Assembly (NCBI GenBank): GCA_002371335.1
Contig: DFHP01000205.1
Coordinates: 1-51,969, forward strand
Length of the DNA: 51,969 nucleotides
DNA from: Eubacterium sp. UBA3720
GTDB lineage: Bacteria > Bacillota > Clostridia > Lachnospirales > Lachnospiraceae
Direction of reading: 5' to 3'
Below the pieces are notes generated by a model that was not told the origin of the DNA, did not search any database, and was given only the letters and a program-made list of their open reading frames with translations. The translations under genes and the position numbers were made by a program. This document shows, in pieces, positions 44,540-51,969 of this stretch; positions within the stretch are counted from its first letter, which is position 1; each line of letters begins with the position of its first letter.

Positions 44540-45479
44540 GGGCTACTCCTCCCAGAACTGTTTTTTCTTCTATTGCCCGGCCGCGAAGGAATTCTTCCGC
44601 GGTCAGTCGTTTCTTTCCTTCCAGCTGAAGCTCCAGGATCTGCAGAGACCCTTTGCCCGTCTGGACCTTAAATCCTTTCCTGTTTACATCAAAGACTGAA
44701 CCGGGTTCTGCGCCTGATTCCGCCTCGTCTGTTCTGACTTTCCAAAGCTTCAGGCTTTTATTTCCCAGATATGTAAACGCGGACGGCCAGGGATTCATTC
44801 CTCTTACCAGCCGTTCGATCTCCACCGCACTCTTGCTCCAGTCGACAAGTCCGTCTGTCTTTCTGATCATGCGCGCGTAAGGCGTCGGACTCTCCGCCGG
44901 CTGTGGGACCGGATGGATATCTCCTGCTTCTATTTTTTTCAGTGTATCTGTCAGCAGCCTTCCGCCTTCATCACTCAGCTTGTCGAAGAGAGAACCTCCG
45001 GTCTCATCCTCGTCCAGGATGACCTCGCTTACAGCGATCATATCTCCTGTATCCAGTCCTTCGTTCATCTGCATGATGGTGACGCCTGACTTCTCTTCCC
45101 CGTCTACTACCGCCCACTGGATCGGAGCGGCTCCTCTGTATTTAGGCAGCAGGGACGCGTGAACGTTGATACATCCGTACTTCGGCATTTCAAGGATCGC
45201 CTTCGGAATAATATGTCCGTACGCTGCCACGATAATGATATCAGCTTCATATGCAGACAGCTGTCTTATGAATTCTTCATCCTTCACCCGGGCCGGCTGC
45301 AGTACCGGAAGTCCCAACTCCAGAGCCTTCTTTTTCACATCGGAAAACTGGATATGTTTTCCCCGCTTCGCAGGCTTGTCCACATTTGTAACGACCGCGG
45401 CCACTTCATGTCCGGCGTTCACCACAGCTTCCAGACTTGCTGCCGCAAAATCAGGCGTACCCATAAAGATCACTTTCAT
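44532..45479 (-). CDS. fmt: Methionyl-tRNA formyltransferase
   Basis: MKVIFMGTPDFA, INVHASLLPKYRGAAPIQ motifs. Confidence 0.95.
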   Translation of the reverse strand: MKVIFMGTPDFAAASLEAVVNAGHEVAAVVTNVDKPAKRGKHIQFSDVKKKALELGLPVLQPARVKDEEFIRQLSAYEADIIIVAAYGHIIPKAILEMPKYGCINVHASLLPKYRGAAPIQWAVVDGEEKSGVTIMQMNEGLDTGDMIAVSEVILDEDETGGSLFDKLSDEGGRLLTDTLKKIEAGDIHPVPQPAESPTPYARMIRKTDGLVDWSKSAVEIERLVRGMNPWPSAFTYLGNKSLKLWKVRTDEAESGAEPGSVFDVNRKGFKVQTGKGSLQILELQLEGKKRLTAEEFLRGRAIEEKTVLGGVARG

Positions 45480-45961
45480 TCTTCCTCTGTCTCCTCCTCA
45501 TATGAAACATCCTGCAGAGGTCCTTCCACGTGGGATGTATAAAGGATTCCATCCAGATGATCGTTCTCATGCAGGATGGCCCGCGCGAGAAGTTCCTCGG
45601 CTTCAAGTACAAATTCTTTCATCTCTCCGTCAAACGCTTTCACCTTTACGTAGTTCGGTCTGGTAACGATCCCGCATTTTCCCGGGACGCTGAGGCATCC
45701 TTCTTCTCCGGTCTGTTCTCCTGATGTTTCCAGAATTTCCGGATTGATAAACACATACGGATGTTCTCCGTCGCAGTCGATGACGAACAGTCTTCTGAGG
45801 ATTCCTACCTGCGGCGCTGCCAGTCCTACTCCTCCGGCGTCATACATTGTTTCAAACATATCGCTGATCAGCTCTGTGATCTTCGGCGTGATCTCTTTTA
45901 CGGGCTTGCATTTTTTCTCCAGTACGCTTTCTCCTGCTTCCCTGATATTTCTTAATGCCAT
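45476..45961 (-). CDS. def: Peptide deformylase
   Basis: GVGLAAPQVG, EGCLS and HENDHLDG motifs. Start set at ATG 45961 (AAGGAGA 7 nt upstream). Confidence 0.93.
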   Translation of the reverse strand: MALRNIREAGESVLEKKCKPVKEITPKITELISDMFETMYDAGGVGLAAPQVGILRRLFVIDCDGEHPYVFINPEILETSGEQTGEEGCLSVPGKCGIVTRPNYVKVKAFDGEMKEFVLEAEELLARAILHENDHLDGILYTSHVEGPLQDVSYEEETEEE

Positions 45962-45974
45962 CTGACTATCTCCT

Positions 45975-48209
45975 TTATACATCTAAATCATATTGAATTG
46001 AAACTTCATCGAAACCCTGATTGATCTCAATATATTTTTCCAGAGCCTGCCGCAGTCTGCGAAGCTCTTTTTCGTCTTCTTCTTTAATAAAGAGCACTTC
46101 CCTGAACTGATCCTGCACCTTTGAAACCACCTCCGGAGCAGGCCCTATGATGGTCGTTGTTTTCTTTTTTCCGACCATTTGGAGGAACTTTCCCGAGAAG
46201 AACATTGCTTTATGCAGTCTTTCCTCATCTTTACAGCTGCCCCGGACCGCCAGCAGATGCGCGGCGGGAGGGAATAACATAGCTTTACGCTCTTCCATCT
46301 CTTCGTTGAAGAATTCCGCGTAATCCTGGGACGCTGCCGCCTGAATGCTGTAATGCTCCGGCTGATAGGTCTGAATGACGGCCTCTCCGCCAAGCTCCCC
46401 CCGGCCGGCCCGGCCGATCGCCTGCACCAGCAGCTGATATGTTTTTTCCGGTGCCCGGTAATCACTGGCAAAAAGCGACATATCTGCCATCAGCGCGCCC
46501 ACCAGCGTTACGTTCGGAAAATCGTGCCCCTTTACGATCATCTGTGTGCCCACAAGGATATCTGCCTCATGCTCCATGAATGCTCTGAGGATTTTTTCAT
46601 GACCGCCCTTTTTTCTGGTGGAATCCTGATCCATTCGAAGTATCCGTGCCTGTGGAAACTTCCTCTGTACCATATCCGCCACCTTCTGCGTTCCGATTGA
46701 TAATCCGGAAATGAATTCCGAGCCGCAGGATGGACACTGCTTTACTTCTGGCGTCTCATAGCCGCAGTAATGGCAGATCATTTTTCCGTTTGAATGCAAA
46801 GTCATGGAAACATCGCAGTGAGGACACCTGACCACATATCCGCAGGACCGGCATGAAAAGAAACCGGCGTATCCCCTGCGGTTAAGAAAGAGCATGATCT
46901 GCTCTTTTTTTTCCAGTCTCTGCGCTATTTTTTCCTCCAGCAGTCTGCTGAGCATGGAGCGGTTGCCCTCCTGCAGTTCCTGCCGCATATCGGCAATATA
47001 CACGCGGGGAAGTCCCGCCTCTCCGATACGGTCAGGAAGATCAAAGAGAGCATATTCTCCTTCCATGCATTTCTGATATGAATCAATGGATGGCGTCGCC
47101 GATCCCATGACCACATGCGCGCCTTCCAGTTTTCCCCGGAAAACTGCCGCCTCTCTGGCGTCATATCTGGGGGACTCCTCGCTTCTGTATGAAAGCTCCT
47201 GTTCCTCATCTATGACGATCAGTCCCAGATTTTCAAACGGCGCGAAAAGCGCGGATCTGGGACCGACGATGATCTTTGCCTCGCCTGATCTGACCCTCTC
47301 GAACTGATCGAACCGTTCTGACCTTCCCATCCGTGAATGCAGGACTGTTACGATATCACCGAAACCTGACAGAAAACGCTGTACGATCTGCCAGGAAAGC
47401 GCGATCTCCGGGATCAGTATGATTGCCTGCCTGCCCTCGGACAGGACTTTTTTCGTCAGCTCCATATAGATCAGCGTCTTCCCGCTGCCTGTAATGCCGT
47501 GGATCAGACAGGTCCTGTTCTTTGTCCGCCATTCTTCAAGTATTCCATCGATCACCTGACTTTGCGCGGCTGTGGGGACCGGTATTTCCTTCTGTCCGGC
47601 GGCTTCCTCCAGCTCTGCCGGCATTCTCCAGCTTCGGTGGGCTTCGATCCGGAGTACGCCCTCATTCTGCATCGATTTCAGCGTTGAGGCCGGAATCTTC
47701 AGCTCCTTCATCACGGTAAGCCTGTCCGCGGTTCCTTTTTCGGCCAGCAGCTCCATAAGCCTTGCTTTTGCTTTATAGTGTTTTTTTCGATAATCGTCCA
47801 GTATCTGAAGCGCTTCACTTCGTGTCCTGTTCAGGACGACCTGTTCCCGGATTCTGATCTTTTCCTTTTCTTTGACCGGAAGGATCGTTTTCAGACATCT
47901 GATCATGGTGGACCCGTAGGTCTCCTTCATCCACGCTGCCAGCCTGATCAGGCTTCCCTCGATGGTGATCCCTTCTTCGCATATGCTGTCGATCTCCTTG
48001 ATCTTCCCGGGATCGAAATCCGGAACACTCTTTATCTCTATAACATACCCGGTGATCAGACGGTTTCCCATACCGAAAGGAATCCTTACTCTGGTACCCT
48101 CCTGTACGGCTTCTTCCAGAGCTGACGGAATAAGGTACTGAAAAGGTCTGTCTATCTTTTCATGGGAGATATCTACGATCACATCCGCATATCTCTTTTT
48201 CTCTTTCAT
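45975..48209 (-). CDS. priA: Primosomal replication restart helicase PriA
   Basis: 744 aa. Walker A GITGSGKT, DEEQ box, and a Cys-rich zinc region CRSCGYVVRCPHCDVSMTLH...CHYCG...CPSCGS. Confidence 0.95.
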   Translation of the reverse strand: MKEKKRYADVIVDISHEKIDRPFQYLIPSALEEAVQEGTRVRIPFGMGNRLITGYVIEIKSVPDFDPGKIKEIDSICEEGITIEGSLIRLAAWMKETYGSTMIRCLKTILPVKEKEKIRIREQVVLNRTRSEALQILDDYRKKHYKAKARLMELLAEKGTADRLTVMKELKIPASTLKSMQNEGVLRIEAHRSWRMPAELEEAAGQKEIPVPTAAQSQVIDGILEEWRTKNRTCLIHGITGSGKTLIYMELTKKVLSEGRQAIILIPEIALSWQIVQRFLSGFGDIVTVLHSRMGRSERFDQFERVRSGEAKIIVGPRSALFAPFENLGLIVIDEEQELSYRSEESPRYDAREAAVFRGKLEGAHVVMGSATPSIDSYQKCMEGEYALFDLPDRIGEAGLPRVYIADMRQELQEGNRSMLSRLLEEKIAQRLEKKEQIMLFLNRRGYAGFFSCRSCGYVVRCPHCDVSMTLHSNGKMICHYCGYETPEVKQCPSCGSEFISGLSIGTQKVADMVQRKFPQARILRMDQDSTRKKGGHEKILRAFMEHEADILVGTQMIVKGHDFPNVTLVGALMADMSLFASDYRAPEKTYQLLVQAIGRAGRGELGGEAVIQTYQPEHYSIQAAASQDYAEFFNEEMEERKAMLFPPAAHLLAVRGSCKDEERLHKAMFFSGKFLQMVGKKKTTTIIGPAPEVVSKVQDQFREVLFIKEEDEKELRRLRQALEKYIEINQGFDEVSIQYDLDV

Positions 48210-48272
48210 TTTTCCTCATCCTCAGCGCCGGTATCCGTTCAACGCCTGATACCCTTCCTCATTTTTTCTTTA

Positions 48273-49736
48273 TCATTCAGGTTTTTCCGCGAGGATCTCC
48301 TGAATAAGCACCCGCTCATCCATGGGATATTTCTTTCCCTTGATGATCTGGTAATCCTCATGTCCTTTTCCCGCGAGGATAATGATATCTCCGGGTTCTC
48401 CGTTTCGGATCACATAGCGGATCGCGTCCTTTCTGTCTATGATCTCCACGTATTTTCCGTCGGTCTTTTCCATTCCGGTTTTAATATCGTCAATGATCGC
48501 CTGAGGTTCCTCGTTTCTGGGATTATCGGATGTGATGACGGTAAGATCCGCCAGTTTTCCGGATATCTCTCCCATTTCAAAACGTCTTTGACGGTCTCTG
48601 TTTCCGCCGCATCCGAAAAGGCATACAAGCCGGTGCGGATTATATTCGCGAAGCGTTGAGAGCAGACTTTCAAGGGCCATGGCGTTATGCGCGTAATCGA
48701 TCATCAGAGTAAACTCATCCGATACCTTTACCATCTCCACGCGGCCTTTTACGCTGGCCATCTTTAACGCCTTGCATATATCATCCTTTTCAACGCCGAA
48801 ATGATAGCATACGGCTATCGCGGCAAGAGAGTTATAGATGGAGAATTTTCCCGGTATGTCGATCTCTACATCCAGATCGATCTTTCCGGCCGCATGGTAC
48901 GAGATGCCCAGATAACCGGGTTTTGAAACAAGAGAAGCGTCTTTTGCCATAAAATCACTGTCACTGTGGAAACCATATGTTTCCAGCGCGCATGCCGCTC
49001 CTTCAATGATCTGCTCAAATCTTTCATCATCTCTGTTTACGATTCCGACGCGGCAGTTTTTCAGCAGCTGTTTTTTACAGTCCAGATACTCCTCAAAGCT
49101 TTCATGCTCATTCGGGCCGATATGATCCGGTTCGATATTTGTAAATATGCCGTAATCAAAGGTGATTCCGGCTACCCGGTCCATTTTAAACGCCTGCGAA
49201 GACACTTCCATTACCACACTGTCAAAGCCGGCGTCAGCCATCTCCCGGAAATATTCCTGAACAAGGTATGATTCCGGAGTCGTGTTTTCTGATTTTATAT
49301 GACGTTTTCCCGTGATGCACTCGATCGTTCCGATCAGACCGGTCTTGTGACCCGCATTTTCCAGAATGGAGCGGATCATATATGTGCTCGTGGTTTTTCC
49401 CTTCGTTCCTGTGATCCCTATCGTCTTAAGGGACTTTGCCGGATAACCGAACCAGGCCGCGGAAACCAGCGCCAGTCCGCGTCTGGTATTGTCTGTCCGT
49501 ATAACCGTAACATTTTCATCAACATCTGCCGGATCCTCCAGCAGGACAGCCGCTGCCCCTTTGGAAACCACATCCGGAATAAATCTGTGTCCGTCACTGA
49601 CCGCACCTTTGAGCGCGACAAACAAAAATCCCGGTTCTACCTTTCTCGAATCATACGCCACGCCTGTGATCTCCCGGTCTGTTTCTCCCTGCAGTATTTC
49701 ATACTCCAGATCCTTCAGAAGAGCTGACAACTTCAT
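48273..49736 (-). CDS. murE: UDP-N-acetylmuramoyl-L-alanyl-D-glutamate--2,6-diaminopimelate ligase
   Basis: Mur ligase P-loop GITGTKGKTT. The DNPR motif (ITSDNPRNE) is characteristic of meso-DAP-adding MurE. Confidence 0.93.
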   Translation of the reverse strand: MKLSALLKDLEYEILQGETDREITGVAYDSRKVEPGFLFVALKGAVSDGHRFIPDVVSKGAAAVLLEDPADVDENVTVIRTDNTRRGLALVSAAWFGYPAKSLKTIGITGTKGKTTSTYMIRSILENAGHKTGLIGTIECITGKRHIKSENTTPESYLVQEYFREMADAGFDSVVMEVSSQAFKMDRVAGITFDYGIFTNIEPDHIGPNEHESFEEYLDCKKQLLKNCRVGIVNRDDERFEQIIEGAACALETYGFHSDSDFMAKDASLVSKPGYLGISYHAAGKIDLDVEIDIPGKFSIYNSLAAIAVCYHFGVEKDDICKALKMASVKGRVEMVKVSDEFTLMIDYAHNAMALESLLSTLREYNPHRLVCLFGCGGNRDRQRRFEMGEISGKLADLTVITSDNPRNEEPQAIIDDIKTGMEKTDGKYVEIIDRKDAIRYVIRNGEPGDIIILAGKGHEDYQIIKGKKYPMDERVLIQEILAEKPE

Positions 49737-49811
49737 AATCTATCCCCCTAAAAAACAAAATCAAAATAAATCTATTTGCTTTAGTAAAGCTTTTATAAGT
49801 CCATGTTCTGT

Positions 49812-49840
49812 ATCATATCACACCGAAAAAACGATTTCAA
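49812..49840 (-). promoter_or_regulatory. Candidate murE promoter
   Basis: Minus strand: TTGAAA (49835-49840), 17-nt spacer, TATGAT (49812-49817) preceded by TGA. Confidence 0.5.
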
Positions 49841-50039
49841 CACAGCCCCGGCGGCATGCCCTGATGTAGTTTGTTTCACAGTACACTGACACAATTCACT
49901 GTGAAATAATAAACTTTCTCTAAACGCGTTTTACCTTTTTTTTCGATTCTGTACATACTTCTCTCACATTTTCTTCCTATAATAATCCACAGATAGTTGA
50001 TTAACTACTTACTCACTATCTCCCCCTCATTTTATGATT

Positions 50040-50075
50040 AAAGGAGCACCGAAGTTTATTCTTCGGTGCTCCTTT
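50040..50075. terminator. Perfect 15-bp hairpin, probable terminator of the carbamate-kinase-like gene
   Basis: AAAGGAGCACCGAAG-TTTATT-CTTCGGTGCTCCTTT. The T-run is clear on the plus strand; on the minus strand it is only partial and embedded in the stem. Confidence 0.5.
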
Positions 50076-50082
50076 TCATTTG

Positions 50083-50142
50083 TCTCTATACATATCTCTA
50101 TGCATATCTCTATACATATCACTATACATGTATCTATGCAGA
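50083..50142. repeat. Five tandem 12-bp repeats (TCTCTATRCATA, degenerating 3')
   Basis: tctctatacata / tctctatgcata / tctctatacata / tcactatacatg / tatctatgcaga, read directly. Confidence 0.85.
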
Positions 50143-50247
50143 TGATCGCGAAACTCCATGCAGCCGGAAAATCGCCTGGACATATACATGACTTCCGCGC
50201 AAAGAATTTCTACCTATGCACTTCATCTGTTGATAATATTTGAAGAA

Positions 50248-51195
50248 TCATAAACTCACTTCGTCATCCGGAACGATCACCGTTCCCGACCTGCCTCTGT
50301 ATCCCTCCTTGGCGTTCGCGATCGATGTAATGACTACGCGTTTTCCGCCTTTTTTTATAAAATTGACAGCGGCCTCTATCTTCGGAAGCATGGTTCCTTT
50401 TTCGAATTGGCCTTCATCGGCGTACTTTTCGATCTCACTGACTTTTATCTCGCCGATCGGTTTCTCATCGGGAGTACCGTAGTTCAGACATACGTTTTTT
50501 ACGCTGGTGAGCATGATCAGGTCATCCGCATGTAAAAGCTCTGCCATCTTTCCGCTGATCAGATCCTTTTCGATAACTGCGCCGGCTCCCTTCAGGTCAT
50601 ACCCCTGTTCCATGACGGGTATGCCTCCTCCGCCGCCGGCAATCACGATCTGCCCTGCGTCAAACAGCAGCTGGATGGATTCCATCTCGATGATATCCAC
50701 CGGTTCGGGGGCTGCGATCATTCTGCGGTAGCCGCCTTCGACCTGCGTAACGTAGTTTCCTTTCTCCTCCTGCTCCCTGGCCTCTTTTTCCGAGAGGATA
50801 CGGCCGATCTCCTTGGCCGGTCTGTAGAGCGCGGGATCATAAGGATCCACCGTCACCTGAGTGATCAGCGTTACGACAGGTTTGTAGATGCCGCGTCTTA
50901 TCAGCTCCGAGCGGAGCTTGTTCTGAATATCATAGCCTATGTATCCCTGGCTCATCGCGGAACAGATCGCCATGGGTGCACCCGTATAGTTTGTATGGTT
51001 CACCGCAAATTCATTCATCGCCGTATGTACCATACCTACCTGAGAACCATTGCTGTGCGTGATGGCGACGCTTGCGCCGCTCTCGATTATATCCGCGATC
51101 GGTTTTACGGCTTTTCCCAGATTTTCCGCCTGTTCCGGAAGATTTCTGCCAAGCACCTTATGACCCAAAGCAATTACTATTTTTCTTTTTTTCAT
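50248..51195 (-). CDS. Carbamate kinase-like protein (amino-acid kinase fold) with divergent signature motifs
   Basis: KIVIALGHKVLG where canonical enzymes have ALGGNAL, and ITHSNGSQVG where they have THGNGPQVG. GGGGIPV is retained. Start set at ATG 51195 (GGAGG 5-6 nt upstream). Confidence 0.75.
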   Translation of the reverse strand: MKKRKIVIALGHKVLGRNLPEQAENLGKAVKPIADIIESGASVAITHSNGSQVGMVHTAMNEFAVNHTNYTGAPMAICSAMSQGYIGYDIQNKLRSELIRRGIYKPVVTLITQVTVDPYDPALYRPAKEIGRILSEKEAREQEEKGNYVTQVEGGYRRMIAAPEPVDIIEMESIQLLFDAGQIVIAGGGGGIPVMEQGYDLKGAGAVIEKDLISGKMAELLHADDLIMLTSVKNVCLNYGTPDEKPIGEIKVSEIEKYADEGQFEKGTMLPKIEAAVNFIKKGGKRVVITSIANAKEGYRGRSGTVIVPDDEVSL

Positions 51196-51240
51196 ACTGC
51201 CTCCATTATGACATTCCATCTCCGCCGGAAACCGGGATCA

Positions 51241-51969
51241 TCAGAATTTAAATTTATCAGCAAAGTAACTATCCAGCTCATCGATCCTGATGCGGACCTG
51301 CTCCATCGTGTCGCGATCGCGGACTGTAACGGACTGATCCTCCTCGGAATCGAAATCATATGTAACGCAGAACGGCGTTCCGATCTCGTCCTGACGGCGA
51401 TATCTCTTACCGATATTTCCACGGTCATCATACTCACAGTTGTAGGTCTCTGACAGATGGGTAAAGATCTTTTCCGCGTTTTCATTGAGCTTCTTTGACA
51501 GCGGAAGTACAGCGATCTTCACCGGAGCAAGAGCCGGATGGAAACGAAGCACTGTTCTTACGTCATTTCTCTCCGCGTCAAGCACTTCCTCATCGTAAGC
51601 CGCGCAAAGGAACGCAAGCACTACACGGTCCGCGCCAAGAGACGGCTCGATGACATACGGTATATATTTCTGTTTTTTCTGATCGTCGAAATAAGAAAGA
51701 TCCTCACCGGAGACCTCCTGATGACGTGTCAGATCGTAATCTGTCCTGTCCGCGATTCCCCAGAGTTCGCCCCATCCGAACGGGAAAAGGAACTCAAGGT
51801 CTGTCGTAGCCTTGCTGTAGAAGCTGAGCTCCTCCGGCGAATGGTCTCTCGCGCGAAGCTCCTCATCTTTCATGCCGAGGCTCTTCAGCCAGTCGATACA
51901 GAACTTTCTCCAGTATTCAAACCACTCAAGGTCCGTGTCCGGCTCACAGAAGAACTCAAGCTCCATCTG
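51241..51969 (-). CDS. glyQS: Glycine--tRNA ligase (alpha2 GlyQS type), C-terminal part; gene continues beyond the window
   Basis: [22 protein letters not shown] and the anticodon-binding-domain segment VKIAVLPL... are typical of class II GlyRS. The frame is open to the window edge. Confidence 0.92.
   Translation of the reverse strand, partial: QMELEFFCEPDTDLEWFEYWRKFCIDWLKSLGMKDEELRARDHSPEELSFYSKATTDLEFLFPFGWGELWGIADRTDYDLTRHQEVSGEDLSYFDDQKKQKYIPYVIEPSLGADRVVLAFLCAAYDEEVLDAERNDVRTVLRFHPALAPVKIAVLPLSKKLNENAEKIFTHLSETYNCEYDDRGNIGKRYRRQDEIGTPFCVTYDFDSEEDQSVTVRDRDTMEQVRIRIDELDSYFADKFKF

Noticed and set aside
50034-50243. 69-aa plus-strand ORF (…SIHISMHISIHITIHVSM…).
   Set aside because: Its start codon lies next to or inside the 15-bp hairpin. 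Its repetitive peptide is simply the translation of the 12-bp tandem repeats. There is no RBS.

Overview
The window looks like core chromosome of a Gram-positive anaerobe, probably Clostridia and Lachnospiraceae-like; this is inferred from gene content and order, not from a database search. About 90% of genes are on the minus strand.

In coordinate order (minus-strand clusters are listed in transcription order):
- tadA, a PPTase-HAD fusion, and tRNA-Leu(CAA)
- a lysA-like decarboxylase, and aroC on the plus strand
- the infC-rpmI-rplT operon with an L20-type leader
- flavodoxin, degV, a polysaccharide deacetylase, a GntR regulator, ispE, plsC, and tRNA-Arg(ACG)
- a compact dcw cluster: mraZ-rsmH-ftsL-pbp-mraY-murD-ftsQ-ftsZ
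- a CwlO/PcsB-like hydrolase, and ychF
- a decayed, AT-rich accessory islet of about 4 kb (DUF4143 ATPase, IS21 remnant, gene fragments, membrane protein)
- phzF-like, thiN, and the conserved priA-def-fmt-rsmB-rlmN-stp-prkC-rsgA-rpe operon
- murE, a carbamate-kinase-like gene, and the 3' part of glyQS

The best candidate for something undescribed is a two-gene module directly behind ftsZ (15666..17607). It encodes a protein with a degenerate FHA domain, followed by a TadZ/CpaE-like protein (receiver-like domain plus an atypical ParA/MinD ATPase). No Tad pilus genes are in the window, which suggests a ParA-type positioning or regulatory system tied to the divisome.

Other points worth a second look:
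- a phased GTGG operator array at the mraZ promoter
- a 17-nt motif present three times upstream of the CwlO-like gene
- acidic Tyr-rich low-complexity modules on three extracytoplasmic wall and division proteins
- a roughly 30-nt element shared by two unrelated intergenic regions
- two tandem-repeat arrays that are not CRISPR
- an unusual PPTase-HAD fusion translationally coupled to a Cys-rich mini-protein

All functional calls rest on motifs read by eye from the ORF translations; no searches were run.
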